Both the position numbers and the translations under genes were made by a program. From an uncultured archaeon (lineage in GTDB: Archaea; Asgardarchaeota; Heimdallarchaeia; Heimdallarchaeales; Heimdallarchaeaceae), in the NCBI GenBank assembly GCA_964549075.1, contig CAZJUB010000036.1, positions 1 to 21,153 of the forward strand: 21,153 nucleotides of DNA, in the 5' to 3' direction. Below the pieces are notes generated by a model. It did not search any database, was not told the DNA's origin, and saw only the letters and a list, made by a program, of their open reading frames with translations. Below are positions 8,088 through 16,330 of the stretch, one piece after another (position 1 is the first letter of the stretch; the number at the start of each line of letters is the position of its first letter).

Positions 8088-8696
8088 TCAGACATAGAAG
8101 GGCATATATTTGGGTTGAAACATTCCTTTTATTATCAACCACATCTTTTTGAATATACTGCTAGGATATATTGAATCAAAAATCTCTTGAAAAGTCTTAT
8201 TCGGAGCTGCTACAGTGATTCTAAAAGCACAATGTTTATCATATGTGCATTCTACACAATTCTTTCTAAATTTTTCTCCTTCCTCAAGTAAACCTTCTTC
8301 AGCAATTATTTTCTCAAATCCAATAAATGGATTTATATCACCAGCAAAATCATCTAACAAGCTATTATACTGCTTATTAAATAAATCTGCAAATAATCTC
8401 AATCGATTCTTATATTCATCTAAATTATCTTCTGGATCTGTATACATTATTACTGTGATTTTTTCTGTTGGAAAAGTGAGTATCCTAGCTTGATCCATCT
8501 CAAATTCATGAAAATTATCTGGATTAGCATGGTCATAAATTAACATTGCATTTAACAATGCAGAATTCAATAGTGTTTCATCTGCAAAAGTATTGTCCTT
8601 TGAAAGATCAAGACAATGTAACCCAATGTGACACATTAACGATCGACCAAAAAGAGGTAATCCACTCTCATGTGTGATTATAATATTCTGTATCAT
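8088..8696 (-). CDS. Longin-like domain protein with Cys/His clusters (hypothetical)
   Basis: MIQNIIITHESGLPLFGRS beta-hairpin, helix LLNSALLNAML, strands ARILTF / ITVIMYTD and helix LRLFADLFNKQY...F.GDINPF form a longin-like pattern. Also carries CHIGLHC and CVECTYDKHC. Confidence 0.65.
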   Translation of the reverse strand: MIQNIIITHESGLPLFGRSLMCHIGLHCLDLSKDNTFADETLLNSALLNAMLIYDHANPDNFHEFEMDQARILTFPTEKITVIMYTDPEDNLDEYKNRLRLFADLFNKQYNSLLDDFAGDINPFIGFEKIIAEEGLLEEGEKFRKNCVECTYDKHCAFRITVAAPNKTFQEIFDSIYPSSIFKKMWLIIKGMFQPKYMPFYV

Positions 8697-8758
8697 TTTC
8701 TTTTCTTCCTATCTCCAGTTACTTTTTTTGATATATTAATTTATGTTATTAAAATTGT

Positions 8759-10132
8759 TTAACGAATCTCTTTCATCGATACTACTCTTTCTTCTCTTCT
8801 TGCATTATCAGCTGCAAAAGCCATTAAATGTGATTCTAAAGAGGATTCTGCATCTGTTAAAATTGATGCTCTATCTTTGTTATTGACATTCTGAAGGAAA
8901 GCTTCCATTAATTTTTCATCTCCTCCACCATGACCATCTAACATCTTTGTTTTTCGTAATAACTTCCCCTTTCCTGTAATTGAATCATATAGAGTAAGTT
9001 TATCACCTGAATGTAGAAATTCTCCAATTATAGTTCCTTTGGTTCCATCTATCCTAACCGTTCTTCCTTCCTCATGTGAAAAACCGTGCATTGTGAAAGT
9101 AGCTGTAATCTTATTTTCAAATTCTACATTTACAACTTGATGATCTACAATATTATGATCTTCTATCCTATAAACACATCTTCCATAGTTGGTTGTTGCT
9201 AGAGCTTTCTTTTTCCCCTCAACCGATAAATCTTTGGTAATTGTACTGACTGGCCATCCAGAATATTCTTTAACTTTAGAGAAAGGAGGGATATTTTTAA
9301 GCCAAGAAAACCTTAATACTCCTTTAGCAACCCATCTAGATAAGCCTCTAGATCCTTTCCTAGCAATCTGTAATAAAGGTATAATATCAATATAGATTCT
9401 TGGTGCATAATATAAGCATGTTTTTGAGATTGGACAACCTTGTATACAGTATTCAGGAGATCCTTCAGGAATGTTTTCTTTTCCAAAATGAGTTTGAGAT
9501 CCAAAGGAACTTACTTTTTCCGCTTTAGAATTTGCAAACCAGTGAAGAATATCTAAATCATGACATGATTTTGCTAAAATCATAGGACTGGATTTTTCTC
9601 TATTATGCCAGTTTCCTCTTGTAAATGAGTGTGAATAATGAAATGATGCAACATTTTCTCTTAAGGAGATATTAACAACATCACCTATACGTTTTTCAGT
9701 AATTAAATTTTTTATTAGCGAGAAAAATGGTGAAAACCGTAAAACATGACCAATTTGTAAAATTCTCCCCGTTTCTTCAGCAACCTTTACAAGTTTTTTA
9801 CACTCTTCTAAGGTAGTTGCCATTGGTTTTTCTAGAAGAACATCATACCCTTTTTTCATAGCTACTATTGCTGGTTCAAAATGCATTTGATCTTGTGTTG
9901 TAATTATAGCAATATCAGCAAACTTTTCCTTTTCAAGTAGAGGTTTCCAATCAGTAAATGTGTTCTTTTTTTCTATAAAGTGCTTATGAGTAAAAGCATT
10001 TCTTCTTTCATCTATTGGTTCTGCAACTGCAAGAAACCTTAATTCATTAGGATGTTTTAGAGCATATTTTCCAAACACATCAGCTCCTCTGTCACCTGCA
10101 CCTATCAAAATTGCAGTTATGGATTTAATCAT
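8759..10132 (-). CDS. Gfo/Idh/MocA family oxidoreductase
   Basis: IGAGDRG Rossmann motif, LLEKPMA, GHVLRFSP, ILAKSCHDLD and C-terminal GHGGGD. Start at 10132 or 10141. Confidence 0.93.
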   Translation of the reverse strand: MIKSITAILIGAGDRGADVFGKYALKHPNELRFLAVAEPIDERRNAFTHKHFIEKKNTFTDWKPLLEKEKFADIAIITTQDQMHFEPAIVAMKKGYDVLLEKPMATTLEECKKLVKVAEETGRILQIGHVLRFSPFFSLIKNLITEKRIGDVVNISLRENVASFHYSHSFTRGNWHNREKSSPMILAKSCHDLDILHWFANSKAEKVSSFGSQTHFGKENIPEGSPEYCIQGCPISKTCLYYAPRIYIDIIPLLQIARKGSRGLSRWVAKGVLRFSWLKNIPPFSKVKEYSGWPVSTITKDLSVEGKKKALATTNYGRCVYRIEDHNIVDHQVVNVEFENKITATFTMHGFSHEEGRTVRIDGTKGTIIGEFLHSGDKLTLYDSITGKGKLLRKTKMLDGHGGGDEKLMEAFLQNVNNKDRASILTDAESSLESHLMAFAADNARREERVVSMKEIR

Positions 10133-10240
10133 TACGCACATTTCAACACTATAGTTTTTATTTTTTTTCCAAGAAAAAGGAGCAATTTAGAGTGGTTCAA
10201 GAAAATTTATATTTCATAATTCCTTTTTATCTCGGTTATA

Positions 10241-11620
10241 ATGAAGAAAAAAATTATAATTCCATTGGTAATAACTCTTGTTGCAGTAATAATCATCCCA
10301 GTATTAATTACACAATTAGCAGATGGAGAAGATCCTGTTATAACAAATTTTTATCCAACAGTATACAAGACTTACTCTGGACAAATTGAAGTTGGGATGG
10401 AAGCAGAAGATAATTCAGGAACAGTGTTTTGCAGTATATACTTTAATGACGAACTTGTATCAGATAATAATACATTTTTATGTGATACAACTAGTTTCGA
10501 AGATGGTACCATTATTGTAGTAGTATTCAAAGCAGAAGATAAACGAGGTAACTTCGTAACTGAGACAACTAAATTTGTAATTGATAATTTTATTGATCCA
10601 GTTCGAACCGATGTTTTCAAAGTTGTGTCTTATAATATCTGGGAAAGTGGAGAAGAGGTTTGGGGATACAATGGCGAACTAAGAAGAAAAGGATGGTGGA
10701 GATACGCTTTACAAGAAGAAAATCCTGATATAGCTGTTCTGGTTGAAACAGGTTCTCTTGATGATCGTAATAATTATGAATTGAATAACTCATTGAATCG
10801 ATTAAGTGCGTTTTTATATGACGAAGCTCCTTACGAAGGTTATACAGAACAAGGAATTATGGCTCATACTGATGGTGAAGCTATAATTAGTAGATATCCT
10901 ATTATCAATTTCACTCAGATATTAGAATACCCCTTAGATGATGAAACCATTCATGATTATCATCACGGTTTTTGTGATGCTGTTATAGATATTAATGGGA
11001 TTTATACACATGTGATTGGATATCATGGTAAATGTTGCAATAACACTGGAGAAGAACCTCCAGAGAGAGAGAAAGAAGTAGAAGGTATTCTCAACTATGT
11101 TGATGATTTAGGTGATGTACCTATCATTTGGGCAGGAGATTTCAATGCTTTCTCACCAGTTGATACCGCTGATCCAAATCTTGCTCCTTTGGGTAATCTT
11201 GGGGATGAACCTCTAACAATGATTCTGGATCCTGATGATCCAACTTGGGGACAATATTCGAGTAAAGTACATAATTTTACAGACGTTTATAGAACCTTGA
11301 ATCCTAATCTAAAAGGATATAGTTTTGGTCAGTGGGAGACACAATATTGGAGTAGGATAGATTATATAATAGTTAATCAACATTGGGCAGATAAAATAAT
11401 TAATTCTACAGTTGGTGATACACCTTCAGCAAATACAAGTTCTGATCACTACGCTCTTGATTGTTTCTTTTCTCTGGACGAAAATTATTCTTATTCTGAT
11501 CCCATACCTAAAGTCATCGTAAGTGCTAGAATTAAAATTATGAATGAAAGCAACCCATTGCTAATACAAATAAAGCAAAGGTTTGTAGAAAATGTATTTC
11601 AAATAAAAGATATTTTTTAG
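10241..11620 (+). CDS. Membrane-anchored/secreted endonuclease-exonuclease-phosphatase (EEP) protein with an N-terminal Ig-like domain
   Basis: Signal anchor MKKKIIIPLVITLVAVIIIPVLI, then a beta-rich ~90-aa domain (AED.SG ... AEDKRGN). EEP motifs: VVSYNI, PDIAVLVE, IISRYPI, AGDFN, FTDVYR, RIDYI, SDHY. Confidence 0.9.
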   Translation: MKKKIIIPLVITLVAVIIIPVLITQLADGEDPVITNFYPTVYKTYSGQIEVGMEAEDNSGTVFCSIYFNDELVSDNNTFLCDTTSFEDGTIIVVVFKAEDKRGNFVTETTKFVIDNFIDPVRTDVFKVVSYNIWESGEEVWGYNGELRRKGWWRYALQEENPDIAVLVETGSLDDRNNYELNNSLNRLSAFLYDEAPYEGYTEQGIMAHTDGEAIISRYPIINFTQILEYPLDDETIHDYHHGFCDAVIDINGIYTHVIGYHGKCCNNTGEEPPEREKEVEGILNYVDDLGDVPIIWAGDFNAFSPVDTADPNLAPLGNLGDEPLTMILDPDDPTWGQYSSKVHNFTDVYRTLNPNLKGYSFGQWETQYWSRIDYIIVNQHWADKIINSTVGDTPSANTSSDHYALDCFFSLDENYSYSDPIPKVIVSARIKIMNESNPLLIQIKQRFVENVFQIKDIF

Positions 11621-11628
11621 AAGAAATG

Positions 11629-11641
11629 TCTTTCTTTTTTT
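11629..11641 (+). terminator. T-rich terminator after the EEP gene
   Basis: tctttcttttttt directly downstream of the stop, in a convergent intergenic gap. Confidence 0.45.
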
Positions 11642-11675
11642 AATAATTATCCTTTTTGAGTTCTAATTAAGAAGT

Positions 11676-12812
11676 TTAAATCTCTTCAATTGTCTTATCT
11701 AAAACTACATTTCTCTCTCGAAGATATTCTATGATGTTTTCAAAGGCATTTGAATTTGAACCAATCAATTCTAAAGGAATTATTCCATTAATGTCAAATA
11801 ATCCTTGACTAATAAGATTTACAACAGCTGCACATGTATAACCTGTAGTCCTAGCCATAGAAATTACTTCTTTCTCTTCATCATAATAGTCAAGCATGCT
11901 ATAGGTGTATCTTACATTTTGATTATTTTTGTCACCTTCAATTATTATCCTCATGATTGTAAGATCTTTGTCGTCTTTATCCATTTTCCAACTTTTGAAT
12001 AATAATTTTGAAGTAAGATTTAAAGGAATAATTGTTTGGTTGTTCACTTTTATAGGTTCTCTATTAAAGAAACCAGTTTCTCTAAAAATCTTCATTATCT
12101 CAATGTGACCGGGGTATCTAAGAGTTTTTTCTTTCATATTTGGAATGTTCATAGTTCTTAAAAGAGTTCTCAGACCATCTGTGTTGAAAGCTTCTAAAGT
12201 ACCTAATTTTTGAAATTCTAGTAATTCTGGTTCTGAAAGTGCAGGTTTGACAACTAACTCATTGTCTTCAACATATCGTGCTAACCTTGTGTATTCCTCA
12301 ATTACATCAATAGGTGAAAAAGGTGCTTTATATTCGAAAGGCCACTCTCTTACTTGAGGTAATCCTCCAACATAACAAAGAAAATTGCTTGTTGAATCTA
12401 AGATACTGTATACATGACCAAGGATGAGATTGCTTAATCCTGGTGCTACACCACAATCTACAATAGCTGTTACACCTTTCTCTTTTGCTAATTCATCTAA
12501 AGTGAATGGATCCTCACTAAAGAAAGATATATCTACAACATTTTTGCCTGTTTCAATAACAGTTCTTAATGTCTCATACCCCATAAAACCAGGTAAAGCA
12601 CCTATTACAAGATCAAATTCTTCAATAATGTCTTTAATCATTTCCTTATTTGAAAGATCAGCATATATGGTCTGAATATCAGCTTTGTTGCTTAATTCTT
12701 CAAGAATCTCTTGATTTAAATCTGCTACAGTTACTCTATTATTTGGATTTTCTGCTAAATCTAAAGCTATCACATTACCTACTAAACCAGCACCTAGAAC
12801 AATTATTTTCAT
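11676..12812 (-). CDS. Saccharopine dehydrogenase-like / lysine 6-dehydrogenase family oxidoreductase
   Basis: MKIIVLGAGLVG, VVDISF, DCGVAPGLSN, YVGGLP, LEAFNTDGLRTL, KTLRYPGH, SMARTTGY. Confidence 0.92.
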   Translation of the reverse strand: MKIIVLGAGLVGNVIALDLAENPNNRVTVADLNQEILEELSNKADIQTIYADLSNKEMIKDIIEEFDLVIGALPGFMGYETLRTVIETGKNVVDISFFSEDPFTLDELAKEKGVTAIVDCGVAPGLSNLILGHVYSILDSTSNFLCYVGGLPQVREWPFEYKAPFSPIDVIEEYTRLARYVEDNELVVKPALSEPELLEFQKLGTLEAFNTDGLRTLLRTMNIPNMKEKTLRYPGHIEIMKIFRETGFFNREPIKVNNQTIIPLNLTSKLLFKSWKMDKDDKDLTIMRIIIEGDKNNQNVRYTYSMLDYYDEEKEVISMARTTGYTCAAVVNLISQGLFDINGIIPLELIGSNSNAFENIIEYLRERNVVLDKTIEEI

Positions 12813-12861
12813 TTTCTACAATCTCCATTTTTATCTTAGCTAATTAAAATTTTCTTTAAAG

Positions 12862-12877
12862 AAAAAAAAAAAGAAAA
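12862..12877 (-). terminator. Oligo-T terminator downstream of the MFS gene
   Basis: A-tract on + (aaaaaaaaaaagaaaa) is a long T-run on the - strand, about 15-30 nt after the MFS stop. Confidence 0.55.
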
Positions 12878-12891
12878 GGTGATAAAATAAA

Positions 12892-14322
12892 TCATGATTC
12901 TCGATAATCACTTGCTGGTGCAGCTGAGGATATTAAACCAGTTTCTACAGGGAGAATCTCTTCCTTTGTTTCTAGCTGATAAATCCCTTTTTCAACATGT
13001 CTCAAATTAGTTAAAAACCATGAAACTGCTAATAATAGTACACCTAATACTATTGATCCCCAAAATACTGGTCTTATAGCGTTTGCAGCGTTTGCAATTA
13101 CACCTGCTAGTATCATCCCTAAAGGAGTAGAAAATTGTGCTAAAGTTTGTCTAACAGCCATTACTCTTCCTAATTTCTCATTAGGTACAACAGTCTGCCA
13201 AATGTATTGACTTGATAGATTTATTACAGGTAAAGAAAATCCTGTTATTAACATCCCAATAGCCATAAACCAAAACCAACCCGTTGGAGTAGAAGCGATT
13301 ATTATAAATCCTACATAATCAACCAAAAGTCCCAAAACAACTCCTAAAACTTTCTTTTTGAATCCTTTCCAAATAACCATTAACACTGAAGCACCAATCA
13401 TACCCCCTTGAAAGAAAGCCATAACTAGAGCAAGATTTGATGCATTTCCACCATGACCAGCATAAACATACAAATTAAGAAGAGTAAATAGTGGAGTTAG
13501 GAAAAGATTCGCCCCCGTAAAGACACCAAGAAGAGAAAGAAGACCTTTTTTTTCTTTTATGAAAATTATTCCCTCTTTAAATTCTTGGAAAAATGTTGTA
13601 TCTTTTTTCTCTTTCTTCTCTGCTTTTGTTATGCTAGGGATTTTAATTAAAACTAGAGGAATCACTGCTACAAGAAAGGTACCTGCATCTATCCATAAGA
13701 GATTCCCGATTTCTACGTTGGGAATTGCTAATAAAAGAGCTGCAACAACAGGTCCTATTAATCCCATAACACCATTGAAGAGAAAATCAACACTATTCAT
13801 TCTGTTTAAATACTTTCTTGGAACCATAATAGGAATAATTGCTTGAATTGCAGGTGCTTGAAAAGCCTGTAAACATCCTCTAACTGCAAGAAATACTAAA
13901 ACTATCCAGACGAAAATTATTGGTCCATTATTAACTCTTTCATATTTTAATATGTAAGAACTAATATTAAATTTAAAAAGAAAACTTGGATATTTGAAAA
14001 TAGTATTTTCATACATGAAAAAAAAGATTAATCCTATCGTAACAATAGCTTGAAGAAAATCTGCAAGACCAATTAATATCTTTCGGTTCCATCTATCAAC
14101 AAAAACACCTGCTAGAGGAGTCAGAATAATAAAAGGTAAGAATCCCGCAATGTTTGCTAGAGATAAATATAATGCACTTTGTGTGCGTATTGTGATCCAC
14201 CAGATTATGATAAATTGAACAATAATTGATCCTAATATGGAAATAAGCTGACCTGACCAGAAGAATATATATCTCTTGAAAGTACTTGTACTTGTTGGAT
14301 CTTCTTCTACTAATGCAGTCAA
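12892..14322 (-). CDS. MFS transporter (DHA3 / MefA-like efflux family)
   Basis: FWSGQLISILGS, motif A GVFVDRWNRK, FQAPAIQA, WQTVVPNEKLGRV, about 12 TM segments; TTG start. Confidence 0.93.
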   Translation of the reverse strand: MTALVEEDPTSTSTFKRYIFFWSGQLISILGSIIVQFIIIWWITIRTQSALYLSLANIAGFLPFIILTPLAGVFVDRWNRKILIGLADFLQAIVTIGLIFFFMYENTIFKYPSFLFKFNISSYILKYERVNNGPIIFVWIVLVFLAVRGCLQAFQAPAIQAIIPIMVPRKYLNRMNSVDFLFNGVMGLIGPVVAALLLAIPNVEIGNLLWIDAGTFLVAVIPLVLIKIPSITKAEKKEKKDTTFFQEFKEGIIFIKEKKGLLSLLGVFTGANLFLTPLFTLLNLYVYAGHGGNASNLALVMAFFQGGMIGASVLMVIWKGFKKKVLGVVLGLLVDYVGFIIIASTPTGWFWFMAIGMLITGFSLPVINLSSQYIWQTVVPNEKLGRVMAVRQTLAQFSTPLGMILAGVIANAANAIRPVFWGSIVLGVLLLAVSWFLTNLRHVEKGIYQLETKEEILPVETGLISSAAPASDYRES

Positions 14323-14336
14323 TTAAATCATCTTAA

Positions 14337-14401
14337 TTTTCTCTGTTCTTGGAGAAATGTTTCTTCAAAAGTATATAAAAACATTTCTCTAAATAGAGAA
14401 A
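14337..14401. promoter_or_regulatory. Divergent promoter/operator with nested inverted repeats around a TATA box
   Basis: Perfect 11-bp IR GAGAAATGTTT (14352-14362) / AAACATTTCTC (14379-14389) flanking TATATAAA (14372-14379). Second IR TTTCTCTA-AA-TAGAGAAA (14384-14401). Confidence 0.7.
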
Positions 14402-14410
14402 AACTTAAAT

Positions 14411-15151
14411 TTGTTTATTAAAGATGTTTTACTAGAAGAATTAGTAGGGATCTATTTGAAATATTACGATCAAATCTATTCAAGTTATAAGGAAGAGACT
14501 GTTAAAATAATCCAAAATAAAACTGAATTCGATATTCTTGAAGATTCAAAATTTGAACCTATAATTATTGCTTTAAGAGAAGGTCCTTTAACTGTAAGAG
14601 AATTAGAAGAAAAATACAATGAAATAGTTCAAGAGAAGATTGAAAACGAAGACTTACCTCAGAAACAGAAAGAAATTTTAAAGAAAAAACTTGAAAGAAG
14701 GTTTAAGACGCTTTACAAATATCTTAATATTTTAGAAGAAAATGGTTTTGTCACTCAAGCTGGTAAAAGAGTTGTTGAAAATCAAACTGCTACTGAAACA
14801 TTATACGGTAGAACAGCTAAATTGTTTTTATTTCAAGGAGGAACAAAAGAATGGATAAATACAGAAGATAATATAGCAGCTTTTGAGATCCTTTCTCAGC
14901 TAATTGGATTATTAAGTAGTAAACCTAATCCAAAGATAGTTTCTTTAGAAAAATTATATAACAAAATTGAAAATAAAATCAATTCTGATGTTGAAGCACT
15001 TATCACACAATTCTCCAACAAACTTCCTAAAATCGCGGAAAAAACTAATTACAATCAGATGAAAGTTGTACTTCACGGATTAAATATAATATTGCTTATG
15101 AAAAGTTTTCTAGATTTTGAAGAAGATTTGAAAGAAGTAAATATAATTTAG
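14411..15151 (+). CDS. Winged helix-turn-helix transcriptional regulator (ArsR-like wHTH with insertion)
   Basis: IIIALREGPLTVRELEEKY ... KTLYKYLNILEENGFVTQAG ... TETLYGRTAKLF. Divergent from the MFS gene. Start uncertain (TTG 14411 or a later TTG). Confidence 0.8.
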   Translation: MFIKDVLLEELVGIYLKYYDQIYSSYKEETVKIIQNKTEFDILEDSKFEPIIIALREGPLTVRELEEKYNEIVQEKIENEDLPQKQKEILKKKLERRFKTLYKYLNILEENGFVTQAGKRVVENQTATETLYGRTAKLFLFQGGTKEWINTEDNIAAFEILSQLIGLLSSKPNPKIVSLEKLYNKIENKINSDVEALITQFSNKLPKIAEKTNYNQMKVVLHGLNIILLMKSFLDFEEDLKEVNII

Positions 15152-15194
15152 ACTATTTATAATTTCAAACTCAAATTTAAAATCATAAATCAGT

Positions 15195-15749
15195 TTATTC
15201 AAGTTCTTTTTGCCATTTATTGACTATTTTGTTGTAAACAATGTGAATGAATTTTTTATCAAAATCATATTCTTCCTTTAGCATTGAATCTAGTTCTTCT
15301 TGTGTAAAATATTTCATAACAGGTTTGAAAAAGTGATGGTCTTCTTTTTCTATATGTTTGGGATAAAATTCTTTCAATTCAGTTAACAACCTTTTGATTT
15401 TGTCCAAACTTTTTTCATTTCCTTGAAGATATTTTGTTTTCTCTTCAAGAACTGCTGAGGAAAGTTTTCTCCCACGAATGTGTTCTTGAATTAGTTCATT
15501 CATAATCCTGTTATGTTCATCAGATATTTGTTTTTTCTTTAATTCTCGAAACAAAATATCTTCTTCTTTTCCATGGTGACATGCATCTGCATATGTTTTT
15601 ATGAAATCAACAGCTGTCGTAATAAAATCTACATTTACTTTGTTTTCTTTCTCAATTCTTATCAATTCTTTGTCGATTAAATCAATCATCTTTTCTATTA
15701 AACGATGTTCGATCATTAAGGGACCTATAGGTAAAACCAAATTACTCAC
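15195..15749 (-). CDS. Hemerythrin (HHE cation-binding) domain protein
   Basis: EHRLIE, HHGKEEDILF, LIQEH and HIEKED give the di-iron ligand pattern; GTG start. Confidence 0.93.
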   Translation of the reverse strand: MSNLVLPIGPLMIEHRLIEKMIDLIDKELIRIEKENKVNVDFITTAVDFIKTYADACHHGKEEDILFRELKKKQISDEHNRIMNELIQEHIRGRKLSSAVLEEKTKYLQGNEKSLDKIKRLLTELKEFYPKHIEKEDHHFFKPVMKYFTQEELDSMLKEEYDFDKKFIHIVYNKIVNKWQKELE

Positions 15750-15880
15750 CTATCTAGTTGATTCTTAGATTGGTTTGTAAATCTTACGTATCTTTAGTAA
15801 TGATTTTATTTCTATCTGTAAACAGTTTAAATTTGTTACAACGTAAAATATATTTGAATAATTACTTACCTTTAGATACC

Positions 15881-16252
15881 ATGATATTAGGAATAGATGT
15901 GGTTTTCATACATACTAGAGATCCAGAAAAACTTCGTGATTGGTATAAGGATATTTTAGATCTAGAAATAGGATTTGCAACACCAAATTTACATTGGCAA
16001 GAATTTAGTTTTCCACAAGAAATTGCTTCAAGATTTGGTTTAGATTTTGCTGGAAATAATCCTTCTGAAGTCGAAAAACAGAAAATTATGATTTCATTCA
16101 AGGTTAAAGATATTTATTCTATTGTAGAAAAACTGGAATCAAAAGGAATTGAGTTCTTCGGAAAAAATAAGATTAATGATGCAGGACCATCTTTATTTGC
16201 AACATTTCAAGATATTGAAGGGAACTGGATTCAGATGTCCCAACGAAAATAA
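15881..16252 (+). CDS. VOC / glyoxalase / bleomycin-resistance family protein
   Basis: VFIHTRDPEKLRDWYKDILDL, ISFKVKDI...LESKGIEF, FATFQDIEGNWIQM. Start moved from TTG 15758 to in-frame ATG 15881, which leaves room for divergent promoters. Confidence 0.9.
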   Translation: MILGIDVVFIHTRDPEKLRDWYKDILDLEIGFATPNLHWQEFSFPQEIASRFGLDFAGNNPSEVEKQKIMISFKVKDIYSIVEKLESKGIEFFGKNKINDAGPSLFATFQDIEGNWIQMSQRK

Positions 16253-16284
16253 CAAATTGTTAAGTGTGATTTCATTCAAATAGG

Positions 16285-16292
16285 TTTATAAA
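16285..16292 (+). promoter_or_regulatory. Putative TATA box of the GRE operon
   Basis: TTTATAAA about 40 nt upstream of ATG 16331, in the 78-nt intergenic gap. Confidence 0.5.
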
Positions 16293-16330
16293 TTTAAAAC
16301 ATAAATTTCTCGCTGTAGAGGTTCCTAATT

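Noticed and set aside
5970-13846. Short alternate-frame or antisense ORFs (5970, 7027, 8215, 9189, 9313, 10192, 10372, 11805, 12424, 12650, 13559)
   Set aside because: All overlap well-supported genes and show the Ser/Ile/Phe-rich composition typical of shadow ORFs in AT-rich DNA.
12892-14322. Calling the MFS a macrolide resistance gene (mefA)
   Set aside because: The resemblance is at family level only; the substrate cannot be inferred.
14352-14389. 11-bp inverted repeat read as a Rho-independent terminator or MITE end
   Set aside because: It lies between divergent 5' ends, is AT-rich with a 16-nt spacer holding a TATA box, and has no target-site duplication or transposase; an operator fits better.
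15758-15880. 41-aa hydrophobic extension of the VOC ORF that could be read as a signal peptide
   Set aside because: It would leave only 8 nt between divergent genes. The VOC fold begins at ATG 15881, so this is more likely promoter DNA.
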